Shown here piece by piece: positions 10,353 through 20,127 of a stretch of DNA of 64,000 nt. A program made the translations under genes and the position numbers. The DNA is from an uncultured Actinomycetes bacterium (GTDB taxonomy: Bacteria > Actinomycetota > Thermoleophilia > UBA2241), in assembly GCA_963709345.1 (NCBI GenBank), contig CAVPVX010000010.1:1-64000 (forward strand), read 5' to 3'. A model generated the notes under the pieces. That model saw only the letters and a program-made list of their open reading frames with translations. It was not told the DNA's origin and did not search any database. How positions within the stretch are numbered: position 1 is the first letter of the stretch; every line of letters starts with the position of its first letter.

Positions 10353-10978
10353 GTGTCGATCAACGACATCAGGCAGGCCGTGCTCAGCGGCGATGAGCAA
10401 GGCGCCGCCGAGCTGGTCGCGCGCCGAGCTCGACGCCGGCAGCACGGCGCAGGAGATCATGGATTCCGCGCTGATCAGCGCCATGGACGAGGCCGGCGCC
10501 AAGATGGCCACCGGCGAGCTCTTCATCCCCGAGGTGCTGGTCGCGGCCGACGCCATGAAGGCCGGCCATGGACGTGCATCACCCCGCATCTCGTCGGCGC
10601 GGCCGCGGGAGCCCGAGGGACGGTCGTCATCGGAGCCGTCGAGGGCGACGTGCACGATATCGGCAAGAGCCTCGTCGCGCTCATGCTCGACGGCGCCGGT
10701 TTCGAGGTGCACGACCTCGGCGTCGGACGTGGCGCCCGAGGCCTTTGTGGCTACGGCACAGGAGCACGACGCCGACATCGTCGCCATGTCGTCCCTTGAT
10801 GGTGACGACGATGCCGAAGATGAAGGTCGTCATCGAGGCGCTGCACGAGGCCGGCCTTGCGGCGAAGCCGATCGTCGGCGGCGCGCCTCTGACGCAGGCC
10901 TTCGCCGACGAGATCGGCGCCGCCGGGTACGCGCCGGATGCCGGCGGAGCGGTGAAGCTGGTGCGCGAGCTTGTCTGA
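10353..10978 (+). CDS. Methyltransferase corrinoid (B12-binding) protein, MttC/MtbC-like, several frameshifts
   Basis: ELFIPEVL, EGDVHDIGK (DxHxxG), VGGAPLTQAFADEIGAAGYAPDA; AGGAGG RBS. Confidence 0.85.
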
Positions 10979-11345
10979 ATACCTGGGCAACGGAAAGAGG
11001 GGGCCGGCGGAGGCGTCCGCCGGCCCTGCCGCCATGTCGACGCAGGTGGGCGCAGTTCCCGCGACCCGCGTTCGGTGGATCGCTCCGGGCCGGGAGGTGC
11101 GGCCATGGGGGTAGGCGACCTCCTGATCATCGATTTGACCACGTGTTCACTGCGTCGTTCGCCGCAAGGTGACGAAGATCATTGCTGCTCCCGCGTGCGA
11201 CACGCGGACGGAGTACGGCAACACGACCGTCAAATGGGCGAGCGACGCGCGCCCCCCGTTGGTTGCAGCTGCTCGCGCAGCGACTTCGTGGGCGCGGCTT
11301 GGATCGACGAGAGACATGCGAGTACCCCCACGCGAAAGGAACCCA

Positions 11346-12305
11346 ATGTCGCACTTCGGGCCTGACGAGGTAATTGCGCGCATCGATGAGTGGCACGGCA
11401 AGAGCGTTCGCTGGGAGCCCCTCGGCGGCGGCATCACGAACCACAACTACGTCGTGTGGGTGGATGGTGCACCTGAGGTCGGCGGCGCGAAGTACGTCAT
11501 GCGCATCCCCGGCACGGGCACCGACATGTTCATCGACCGTGCCCTTGAGCGTGACTGCATGATCCAGGCAGCGCAGGTCGGAGTCGGGCCGGGAGTGGCG
11601 TATCAGATCGAACCCGAGGGCGCCCTGATCCTCGACTTCATCGAAGGCGAGACGCTGCACCCGGAGGCCATGGTCGGGCACCCCGATCGCATCACGCAGG
11701 CGGTGCGGACTGTGAAGACGTTCCACGACAGAGCGACGCTTGGGCACGAGATCCACGTCTTCAGGATGCTGCGAGACTACACGAGGATCGCGCGGGATGT
11801 CGCGGCCCCGCTGCCGGACCGGCTTCTTGCCACGCTGCCCTCGCTGAACCACATCGAGGCGGCGCTGTCCCGCGACCCGGTCAGAAGCGTTGCCTGTCAC
11901 AACGATCTGCTGTCTGAGAACTTCATCGTCGACGCCGTGGGCAAGATGTGGATCATCGATTGGGAATACGGAGGCATGACCGACCCGTACTTCGACCTCG
12001 GCGACTTCGTGATGGAGCACCCCTTCTCTCGTGAGGAGGAGAGGCTCGTCGTTGCGACCTACTGCGGCGGGATGAGCGAGAACTACTTCGGGCGCATGAT
12101 GCTCTACAAGATAGTGTCTGCCGTCTGGTGGGCCACATGGGCGATGATCCAGGAGGTCGTGTCGGAGATCGATTTCGATTACACGACATGGGGCATGGCT
12201 CGCGTCGAGCGAGCCGAATCCACCTTGAGCGACCCCGACTACGGGGCGTGGCTTGAGGCGGTCCAGTGCCCCAAGGGAGTTGACTCCAAGATGCTGGACG
12301 CTTGA
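11346..12305 (+). CDS. Choline/ethanolamine kinase-like phosphotransferase
   Basis: LGGGITNHNY, RIPG, CHNDLLSENF, IIDWEYGGM, FDLG. Confidence 0.85.
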   Translation: MSHFGPDEVIARIDEWHGKSVRWEPLGGGITNHNYVVWVDGAPEVGGAKYVMRIPGTGTDMFIDRALERDCMIQAAQVGVGPGVAYQIEPEGALILDFIEGETLHPEAMVGHPDRITQAVRTVKTFHDRATLGHEIHVFRMLRDYTRIARDVAAPLPDRLLATLPSLNHIEAALSRDPVRSVACHNDLLSENFIVDAVGKMWIIDWEYGGMTDPYFDLGDFVMEHPFSREEERLVVATYCGGMSENYFGRMMLYKIVSAVWWATWAMIQEVVSEIDFDYTTWGMARVERAESTLSDPDYGAWLEAVQCPKGVDSKMLDA

Positions 12306-12306
12306 G

Positions 12307-12580
12307 TGACCTGTACCCCCGAAATCGGTCCACCCGCAATGTAGGGTTTCGCGACCGACGAAGGAGTCAGATCATGCCCAAGAAGCGCTACCACCCCGAG
12401 GAGCTCATCGCCAAGCTGACCCTGCGGGAGGCGGCGCGGGGAAACGCCTGAGCTCCTCGCGACGAGCACACGAGGGAGTGCCTTGTGATCATCGTCGCCC
12501 GCAGGATCACCAGCCACGAGGTGCTGATGACGCTGGCTGACCTCTTCCTCAAGTTCGGCATTCCGGAGCACATCAGGTCC
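12307..12580 (+). mobile_element. Degenerate IS3-family remnant with internal deletions
   Basis: Left end TGACCTGTACCCCCGAAA; orfA start MPKKRYHPEELIAKL at 12374; integrase-core fragment DEHTRECLVIIVARRITSHEVLMTLADLFLKFGIPEHIRS. Confidence 0.75.
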
Positions 12581-12776
12581 GCGTGCTATCAGGTTCCTGT
12601 CAACCAACTCCACTCGCCGGTGGTGATCAGGGCTGGCCCGAAGGCCAGGATGCCATCCTGGCCTTTTCCAGTCACAGCTGTTCGATCGTCGACGACCGCG
12701 ACGAGCGTGACAAGGATCTCTTGGGAGAGGTCGTGCGTCGTACCAGCTGAGCTGGTCGAACGCCTGGTGCGGAGCG

Positions 12777-13646
12777 TTACTCGCGGAACCGCTGAGCTAT
12801 CTCCCGCGCGACCGCCTCGACCATGCGCTGGGCGCGGATGATCCCGAACTCCTCGATCCGCCAGCTCGGCGCGGTGATGCCGACGGCGGCGTCGTCGGAG
12901 GGCAGCTCGATCGCGCAGACGATGGAGGTCACGCCGGTCTCCACGGCGTCCTTGGCGACGTGAGAGGTCGTGCGGTCGTCGAAGGCGCCGCCGGTCGCCG
13001 TGCCCGCCAGCGGCACGCGGCGACCGACCCAGCCGCTGTGGCGAAGCGCATATGAGCTCTCGACCTGATCGACGTAGATCGCATGGTCGCCGTCGAGGAC
13101 GATGAGGTTCGCGGTCTCCTTGGTGGCGTCGCGCAGGCGCACGAGGTGAGCCCGGGCGGTGATGCGCAGCCTGTCGACCCAGCCCACGCGCGAAGCGAGA
13201 CTGACGAGCTCCAGTCCGAGCGAGTACGTGCCGTCAGGGTCGGCGTGCAGCAGGTCGCTCTCGACCAGATGCGGCAGGATGCGGGAGACGGTGACGCGCG
13301 AGAGCCCGGCGCCGGTCGCGATCTGCTGCACGGTGAGGCCGCGGGAGGCGCTGGCGAAGGCGCGCAGTACGGCGAGGCCGTGGGCGAACAGCGGCGCGTC
13401 GGCGCTGAGCTCGAAGGCGGCCGAGCCGAGCGACCAGGCGCGCTCGTCACCGCGGTAGGCGACAAAGCGCCGCTCCCTCAGCAGGTTCAGCAGGCCGTAT
13501 GTGCTGGATCGCGGGATGTGGCAGGACGAGGCGATGATGCTGGCCGGGGCCGGCGATGTGCGGCGCCCGAGGAACTCGAGCACATCCAGCACGCGGGCTG
13601 CTCCCCAGGTGGTTCCCTCGTCGTCGCGCTTCGACTCGCCCGGCAT
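12777..13646 (-). CDS. IclR-family regulator with two tandem HTH domains
   Basis: HTH1 RVLDVLEFL...IPRSSTYGLL...WSLG; HTH2 HGLAVLRAF...LSRVTVSRIL...YSLG; effector domain ATKETANL...VGRRVPL..TATG; GGAGG RBS. Confidence 0.85.
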   Translation of the reverse strand: MPGESKRDDEGTTWGAARVLDVLEFLGRRTSPAPASIIASSCHIPRSSTYGLLNLLRERRFVAYRGDERAWSLGSAAFELSADAPLFAHGLAVLRAFASASRGLTVQQIATGAGLSRVTVSRILPHLVESDLLHADPDGTYSLGLELVSLASRVGWVDRLRITARAHLVRLRDATKETANLIVLDGDHAIYVDQVESSYALRHSGWVGRRVPLAGTATGGAFDDRTTSHVAKDAVETGVTSIVCAIELPSDDAAVGITAPSWRIEEFGIIRAQRMVEAVAREIAQRFRE

Positions 13647-13707
13647 GTCGCCCACCTCCTCGACAATCCAGCATAGCGGGCACGGCGACACACCACAATG
13701 AAAAGAA

Positions 13708-13767
13708 GTACAGAACTCTGGACACGGCCGGCGCGCGCTTGATGTGGGAGCGCGCCGGCGTCAGGGT
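13708..13767 (+). promoter_or_regulatory. Operator GTACAG-AACT-CTGGAC plus promoter TTGATG-17-CAGGGT
   Basis: Motif 13708-13723, 15-bp gap, -35 at 13739, -10 at 13762. Confidence 0.65.
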
Positions 13768-13810
13768 TGTGCACACACGAGTGCGACCACCGCCCGGAAA
13801 GGAATCTACG

Positions 13811-15284
13811 GTGCCTACCCCCGAATCCCATGAGCGGCCGCGCGCCGGCCGTCTCACGTACCTGAGTGAGGCCGACAAGCAGGCGATCTACGATGCCGCT
13901 CTCGAGATCGTCGGGACGGTCGGCATGCGCGTCCACCACCCCGAGGCGCTGGAGATGCTGCGCGCCGCCGGCTGCGCCGTCACCGACACGGATCTCGTCC
14001 GCATACCGCGTGAGCTCGTTGAGAAGGCGCGTGCCACGGCGCCTCCGGTGATCGAGGTCTACAATCGCACCGGCGAGCCGGCGATGTCGCTCGGCGGCAC
14101 GAACAGCTACTTCGGCACGGGCTCGGACCTCATGAGCACCTACGACCTCGAGACCGGCGAGCACCGGCCGAGCGCTCTCGCCGACATCAGTCGCGCGGCT
14201 CGCCTCTGCGACGCGCTGCCCAACATCGACTTCATCATGTCGTGCGCGCACCCCAACGACATCGAGCCGCACCGGTCCTACCTCGAGAGCTTTCGGGCCA
14301 TGGTGACGAGCACCACCAAGCCGATGGTCATGACCTCCGAGGACGCCGGCGACCTCGAGGTCATGTGGGCGATCGCGAGCGCGCTGCGCGGCGGCGCCGA
14401 GGAGCTCCGCGCCAAGCCGTACTTCACCATGTACCTCGAGCCGGTGAGCCCGCTCAGCCATCCTGTGGAGAGCCTGGACAAGCTCCTCTTCTGCGCCGAC
14501 CGGGGCATCCCGGCGATCTACTCGCCGGCGCCGCTGGCCGGCGGCACGGCGCCGATCACCGTCGCCGGGCACACCTGCCAGGGCGTGGCCGAGTCGCTCT
14601 TCGGCCTCGTCATCCACCAGCTTGCGCAAGCCGGGCTCACCGTTCCTCTTCGGCATCGGCCCGGCCGTGCTCGACATGGCCACGTCGCAGAGCTCCTACA
14701 ACGCGCCCGAGTACCTGATGACCTTCCTCTGCCAGATCGAGATGGCGCGCTGGCTCGACCTGCCCAACTGGGGCTACGGCGGCACATCGGACTCGCAGGT
14801 CGTGGACGCCCAGGCCGGCATGGAGATCGCCGAGCTGGCGCTGCTGTGCATGGCCGCCGGCTCCAACCTCAACCACGACGTCGGCTACCTCGACTTCGGC
14901 CTCACCGCGTCGCTCGAGCTCATCGTCATCGTCGACGAGTACGTGTCCCTCAACCGCAAGCTCTTCGCCGGCGTCGAGGTGACGCCCGAGACGCTCGCCG
15001 TCGACGTCATCCGTGAGGTCGGCCCCGGCGGCGACTTCCTCGCCCACCGCCACACCGCCAAGAACGTGCGCAAGGCGCAGTGGCGTCCCACGATCATCAA
15101 CCGCCAGGGCCACGTCCGCTGGCTGGAGGAGGGCGGGCTCGACCTCAAGGAGAAAGCCCGCCGCAAGGCCCTCAAGCTGCTCGAGACGCACCAGCCGGCG
15201 CCGCTGCCCGACGCGGTCGCGGCGCGCATCGACGAGCTGGTGGCCGGATTCACGTCCGCAGCCCGCTCCATCGGGGAGGGCTGA
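13811..15284 (+). CDS. MttB-superfamily methyltransferase #3, frameshift near 14622
   Basis: YFGTGS, LCDALPNIDF, STTKP, EPVSPL, APITVAG, NLNHDVGYLDFG, TLAVDVIREVGPGGDFL. Confidence 0.9.
14946..15253 (+). repeat. Direct repeat copy 1 (3' end of MttB #3)
   Basis: 14946-15208 matches 16392-16654 with one mismatch by eye; 15219-15253 matches 16665-16699. Confidence 0.85.
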
Positions 15285-15287
15285 GCC

Positions 15288-16712
15288 GTGGCCGCCCGTC
15301 TCTCGTACCTCACCGACGCCGACAAGGCGGCCGTTTATGAGGCCGCCCTCGAGATCATGGCCACCATCGGCCAGCGTGTGCATCATCCGAAGGCCCTCGA
15401 GCTGCTGCGCGCCGCCGGCGCCACTGTGGAGGAGCCGGACCTCGTCAAGATCCCCCGTGAGCTGGTGGAGAAGGCGCGCGAGACGGCACCGCCCGTGATC
15501 GAGGTCTACGACCGCGCCGGCGAGCCGGCGATGTCCCTCGGCCGCTACGACACCTACTTCGGAAACGGTTCCGCGGTCACCAGCGTCTACGACGTGGAGA
15601 CCGGCGAGCACCGGCCGACGGTCCTCGCCGACGGCGTCATGGCCGCGCGCCTCTGCGACGCACTGCCAAACATCGACTTCGTCATGGCCTATGCCCATCC
15701 GGGCGAGGGCGACCCGCACGTCGCCCTGCTCGAGAGCTTCCGCGCCATGGTCGCGAACACGACCAAGCCGCTCGTGGTCGTATCGGAGAACGCCGGCGAC
15801 CTCGCGGTGATGGCGGACATCGCCGCCGCCGTGCGCGGCGGGGACGATGAGCTCGCAGCGAAGCCGTACTTCACGCTGTACGGCGAGCCCACCAGCCCGC
15901 TGCGGCACCCGGTGGAGGCGCTCGACAAACTGCTGCTCTGCGCCGACCGGGGCATCCCCTGCGTGTACTCCACGTCGCCGCTGGCCGGCGGCACGGCGCC
16001 GATCACCGTCGCCGGGCACGTGGCCCAGGGCACCGCCGAGTCGCTGCTCGGCCTCGTCGTCCAGCAGCTCCACAAGCCGGGTGCGCCGTTCATCTACGGC
16101 ATCGGCCCGGCCGTGCTCGACATGGGCACGATGCAGTCCGCGTACAACGCGCCCGAGTACCTCATGGGCTACGTCTGCGCCGTTGAGATGGCGCGCTGGC
16201 TCGATCTGCCCAACTGGGGCTACGCGGGCACCACCGACGCCCAGGTGATCGATGCACAAGCGGGCATGGAGGCGGCCGAGCTCACCTTCTTGAGCCTGGC
16301 GACCGGCTCGAACCTGAACCACGACATCGGGTACCTCGACTACGGCATGACCGGCTCCCTCGAACTGATCGTGCTCACAGACGAGTACCTCTCCCTCAAC
16401 CGCAAGCTCTTCGCCGGCGTCGAGGTGACGCCCGAGACGCTCGCCGTCGACGTCGTCCGTGAGGTCGGCCCCGGCGGCGACTTCCTCGCCCACCGCCACA
16501 CCGCCAAGAACGTGCGCAAGGCGCAGTGGCGTCCCACGATCATCAACCGCCAGGGCCACGTCCGCTGGCTGGAGGAGGGCGGGCTCGACCTCAAGGAGAA
16601 AGCCCGCCGCAAGGCCCTCAAGCTGCTCGAGACGCACCAGCCGGCGCCGCTGCCGGCGGAGCTGGCGGCGCGCATCGACGAGCTGGTGGCCGGATTCACT
16701 CCCGGAGCCTGA
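15288..16712 (+). CDS. MttB-superfamily methyltransferase #4
   Basis: Intact 474 aa ORF; close paralogue of #3; NLNHDIGYLDYG. Confidence 0.92.
   Translation: MAARLSYLTDADKAAVYEAALEIMATIGQRVHHPKALELLRAAGATVEEPDLVKIPRELVEKARETAPPVIEVYDRAGEPAMSLGRYDTYFGNGSAVTSVYDVETGEHRPTVLADGVMAARLCDALPNIDFVMAYAHPGEGDPHVALLESFRAMVANTTKPLVVVSENAGDLAVMADIAAAVRGGDDELAAKPYFTLYGEPTSPLRHPVEALDKLLLCADRGIPCVYSTSPLAGGTAPITVAGHVAQGTAESLLGLVVQQLHKPGAPFIYGIGPAVLDMGTMQSAYNAPEYLMGYVCAVEMARWLDLPNWGYAGTTDAQVIDAQAGMEAAELTFLSLATGSNLNHDIGYLDYGMTGSLELIVLTDEYLSLNRKLFAGVEVTPETLAVDVVREVGPGGDFLAHRHTAKNVRKAQWRPTIINRQGHVRWLEEGGLDLKEKARRKALKLLETHQPAPLPAELAARIDELVAGFTPGA
16392..16699 (+). repeat. Direct repeat copy 2 (3' end of MttB #4)
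   Basis: Near-identical to 14946-15253 at an offset of 1446 bp. Confidence 0.85.
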
Positions 16713-16735
16713 TCGTGGCCGAAACCGACTGACCG

Positions 16736-18112
16736 GTGTTCTCGCCGACCGGCATCGAGGAAGTGCACGCCGCGGCGCTTCGCGTGCTCGCGCGCACCGG
16801 TGTGCTCGTGCAGGACGACGAGGCCGTTGCGCTGCTCCGCTCGCGCGGCGCGTGTTGCGACGGGCGCCGCGTATTCGTGGACGAGGGCGCGGTGACGGCG
16901 GCGCTGGCCGCCGCGCCTTCGTCCTTCGTGCTAGGCGGCCGCTCCCGGGAGCGCGACCTGCTGGTGGGCGGCCGGGCTGTGTTCGGCACCGGCTCCGGGC
17001 CGGCCTTCGTCCTTGACGGCGAGGCTGTCCGGCAGGGGCGGCTCGACGATGCGCATGCCGCGGCGAAGCTCTGCCATCTCTCGCCGGTCATCGACTTCAA
17101 CGGCGACTCCGTTGAGCCGCTCGACCTTCCCGAGGAGCGGCGCACGCGCCTCAGCACCCACGCGCGGCTGACGCTCAGCGACAAGGCCATCGAGTGGATC
17201 GCCAGCGTCGACGACGATCTCGACGCGGCCGTTGCCATCAACGAGATCCTCTTCGGCGCGGAGTGGTCGAGCGGCCCCCGGGCGCTCATCGTCCTCAACA
17301 CGAACTCGCCGCTGCAGATCTCGAGCGAGACCGCGCGCCTGCTCGTGCGTTGGGCGCGCCTCGGCCAGCCGTCATGTGTGACAGCCTGCGTGATGGGCGG
17401 CACCACCGGGCCCGCGACGCTCGCCGGGACGCTCGTCGTGCAGCACGCGGAAGTGCTCTCGTCACTCGTGCTGGCGCAGGCTGCCGGTGAGGGCAGCCCC
17501 TTCATCTACGGTGGCGTCTCGACGATGTCCGACCTGCGCACCGGGGCGGCCGACTTCGGGACGCCTGAGTTCGCGTACCTGGCCGAGGCCACGGCGCTGC
17601 TCGCGCATCGCTGTGGTCTTCCCGTGCGCGCCGGCGCCGCCGTCACCGATGGGCACGTCCCGGACGGGCAGGCCACTCTGGAATCGGCGCTCGGCCTCTC
17701 TGCTGGTGTGCGCGCCGGGGCCGACTTCGTCTTTCAATCCGCCGGCATCCTCAGCTCGTTCAACGTGTTCTCGCTCGAGAAGTTCATCATGGACGAGGAA
17801 CTCATCACCAAGCTGCGCACGGTCGCGGAGCCGGCGGCCACGGACGAGGACGCGCTGGCCGAGGACGTCATCGACAGGGCCGGTCCGGCCGGGGACTACC
17901 TGGGTCGCGCGCACACGCGCCGCCACGCGCGCGACCGCGCGAGGCCGACGGTCCTCGTGCGTGAGGCGTTCGAGAAGTGGCAGGCGGAAGGCGGCGTCGA
18001 CCTCCGCGCCGCCGCCGCTCGCGAGGTCGCCCGGCGACTGGATGAGCACGAACCCCCGGATGACCTCGACCCCATCGTCCGGCGTCAGCTTGACGCCTAC
18101 TGCCTGGCCTGA
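16736..18112 (+). CDS. MttB-superfamily methyltransferase #5
   Basis: NTNSPL, GPATLAGTLVVQHAEVL, SDLRTG, FGTPE, DGQA, SAGILSSF..FSLEKFIMDEE; true start may be about 16715. Confidence 0.9.
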   Translation: MFSPTGIEEVHAAALRVLARTGVLVQDDEAVALLRSRGACCDGRRVFVDEGAVTAALAAAPSSFVLGGRSRERDLLVGGRAVFGTGSGPAFVLDGEAVRQGRLDDAHAAAKLCHLSPVIDFNGDSVEPLDLPEERRTRLSTHARLTLSDKAIEWIASVDDDLDAAVAINEILFGAEWSSGPRALIVLNTNSPLQISSETARLLVRWARLGQPSCVTACVMGGTTGPATLAGTLVVQHAEVLSSLVLAQAAGEGSPFIYGGVSTMSDLRTGAADFGTPEFAYLAEATALLAHRCGLPVRAGAAVTDGHVPDGQATLESALGLSAGVRAGADFVFQSAGILSSFNVFSLEKFIMDEELITKLRTVAEPAATDEDALAEDVIDRAGPAGDYLGRAHTRRHARDRARPTVLVREAFEKWQAEGGVDLRAAAAREVARRLDEHEPPDDLDPIVRRQLDAYCLA

Positions 18113-18144
18113 ACTCCGCCCGCTCGGCACCCTGTCCGGCATGT

Positions 18145-18217
18145 GTCCCGCTCGTTGGACGCTTTGCCCAGCTGCTTGACACTACTGAGCGGGTCGCTAA
18201 TGTCTCAAATGAAGGAC
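18145..18217 (+). promoter_or_regulatory. Operator GTCCCG-CTCG-TTGGAC plus promoter TTGACA-16-TAATGT; weaker second site at 18202-18217
   Basis: Motif 18145-18160, 15-bp gap, TTGACA at 18176. Confidence 0.7.
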
Positions 18218-18386
18218 ACCATCCGGCGGTGTCCACTCCCGTCTTCAGCTCTGGAGGTTCGAATGGACGGTCACCGGTCGGCGGGCAGCACGGAGGCTCC
18301 CGCCGCCCACCAGGCGGCGCGCTTCTGAGTCACCCGAGCCGTGCACGCCGTTGCTCGCACTCACCAATAAGGGGGAACACACAGAC

Positions 18387-20004
18387 ATGATCGCACCATC
18401 ACATACCACGGGCACGAGATTCCGCCGAGGCGCTCGCGCCTTCAGCGCGGTGCTCGTTCTCGCTCTCGTACTTGTGCTCGCGTTCGCGGCTCTGGGCTGC
18501 GGGGGCACGAGCGACGAAGCAGCAACCACGGACGAAGGGGGCACGCGGGTCGACGGCGGCGTGCTCAAGGTCGGTCACCAGGCCGGCAACGGCCAGTACG
18601 ATCCGCTGCTCATGGCGGGCGCGACCGGCGACATCCTCCTTGTCTGCCAGGTCCAGGAGAACCTCGTCGATCTCTCCCAGGAGTTCACCGTGGTGCCCTG
18701 GCTCGCCAAGGAGTGGGACTCCGCGGACGGTCAGACCTGGAAGGTCACGCTGAACGAAGGCGTGGTGTTCACCAACGGTGAGGCCTTCACGTCCGACGAC
18801 GTGGTCTATTCGTTCGATCGTCTCCGCAGCGAAGAGCTTGGCTCGCCGATGGCGGACGTGTACTCGAACATCAAGAGCGTGGTTGCCGACGATCCGACCC
18901 ACGTGACGTTCAACCTGAAGACCCCGGACTCGGAGTTCCTGGCGTCGCTCACCGACTACCGCGCCATGATGCTCTGCAAGAGCGTCAAGGACCCAATGAC
19001 CGAGACTCGTCGGCACCGGTCCCTTCATGCTTGAGTCGTTCGCGGCCGAAGACCGCGCCGTGCTGATGAAGAACCCCGACTACTGGGCCAAGGACGCGGA
19101 CGGAAGCACGCTTCCGTATCTCGACGGTGTCGAGTTCATCTACTCACCCGACATCGCCGGCCAGATCGAGGGCCTGCAGGGCGGCTCGCTCAACTGGGTC
19201 GGCGGGCTCACCGCCGAGCAGAAGCAGGCGGTCGAGGCCAGCCCGAGCCTCGAGCTCATCTCCACCGAGACGAACTACTGCTACGAGCTGCAGATCCGCT
19301 GTGACCAGGGCCCCGGCAAGGAGCTCGCCTTCCGCCAGGCTCTGATGGCCGGCACGGACCGGCAGGCGATCGTCGACCTCGTGGCTCCCGGTGTGGCGAA
19401 CCCCGGCAACGGCACGCTCGTGGGCCCGGCCTACGCCGACTACTACCTCGAAGACCCGATCGCCTACGACCCGGAGAAGGCCAAGCAGCTGCTCGCCGAA
19501 GCCGGGTATGCGGACGGCGCCAAGATCAAGGTCGTGGCACAGACGGTCGATCCGGTACCGGCGCTCGCGACCGCATGGCAGGCGCAGATGAAGGAGATCG
19601 GCGTCGACGTCTCGATCGAGCAGGTCCCGCCGGACGTCTTCTACGCCGACAAGGGCGACGACACCTGGTACGAGGCCGACTTACAGCTATCGTCGACTGG
19701 GGTACGCGCGCCGCGCCGATCACGTACTTCAAGCTCGCGCTGACCAGCACGGCACCGTGGAACTACTCGCGCTGGGAGAACGCCGAGTTCGACTCTGTCG
19801 TCAAGCAGATCCCGCTGGAGCTCGACGTCGCCAAGCGCGCCGACCTCTACAAGCAGGCGCAGGCAGATGCTGCAGGACGAGGTGCCGATGATCAACTTCC
19901 TCATCAACACCGCCTACGCGGGGCAGACGAACACGATCGACGGCCTGCTGCTCAACCCCGACTGGTCTCACACCATGTTCACGAAGGCGTACTTCACGGA
20001 ATGA
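18387..20004 (+). CDS. Family 5 (Opp/Dpp) ABC substrate-binding lipoprotein, frameshifts near 19010, 19685 and 19860
   Basis: Lipobox FAALGC; PWLAKEW, FTNGEAFTSDDVVYSF, KNPDYW, YDPEKAKQLLAEAG, WNYSRW. Confidence 0.85.
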
Positions 20005-20057
20005 CGCGGGGAGGATCGACGTAACGACTGGATCGTCCGTCGGCAAACGGCGTAAGA

Positions 20058-20087
20058 GCGAGGGGGGCCGAGTGCGGCCCCCCTCGC
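20058..20087 (+). terminator. GC-rich hairpin after the substrate-binding protein gene
   Basis: Perfect 13-bp stem GCGAGGGGGGCCG/CGGCCCCCCTCGC with a 4-nt loop; weak U tract. Confidence 0.6.
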
Positions 20088-20127
20088 GCGCTGTCTTTGG
20101 CGACGACGCTGGGAGCGTGGTGTGACC

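Noticed and set aside
16715-16738. In-frame TGA (16730) between GTG 16715 and MttB #5 as selenocysteine
   Set aside because: It lies in a non-catalytic N-terminus, and the neighbouring frame reads RNRLT like the paralogue starts, so indel errors are the simpler explanation.
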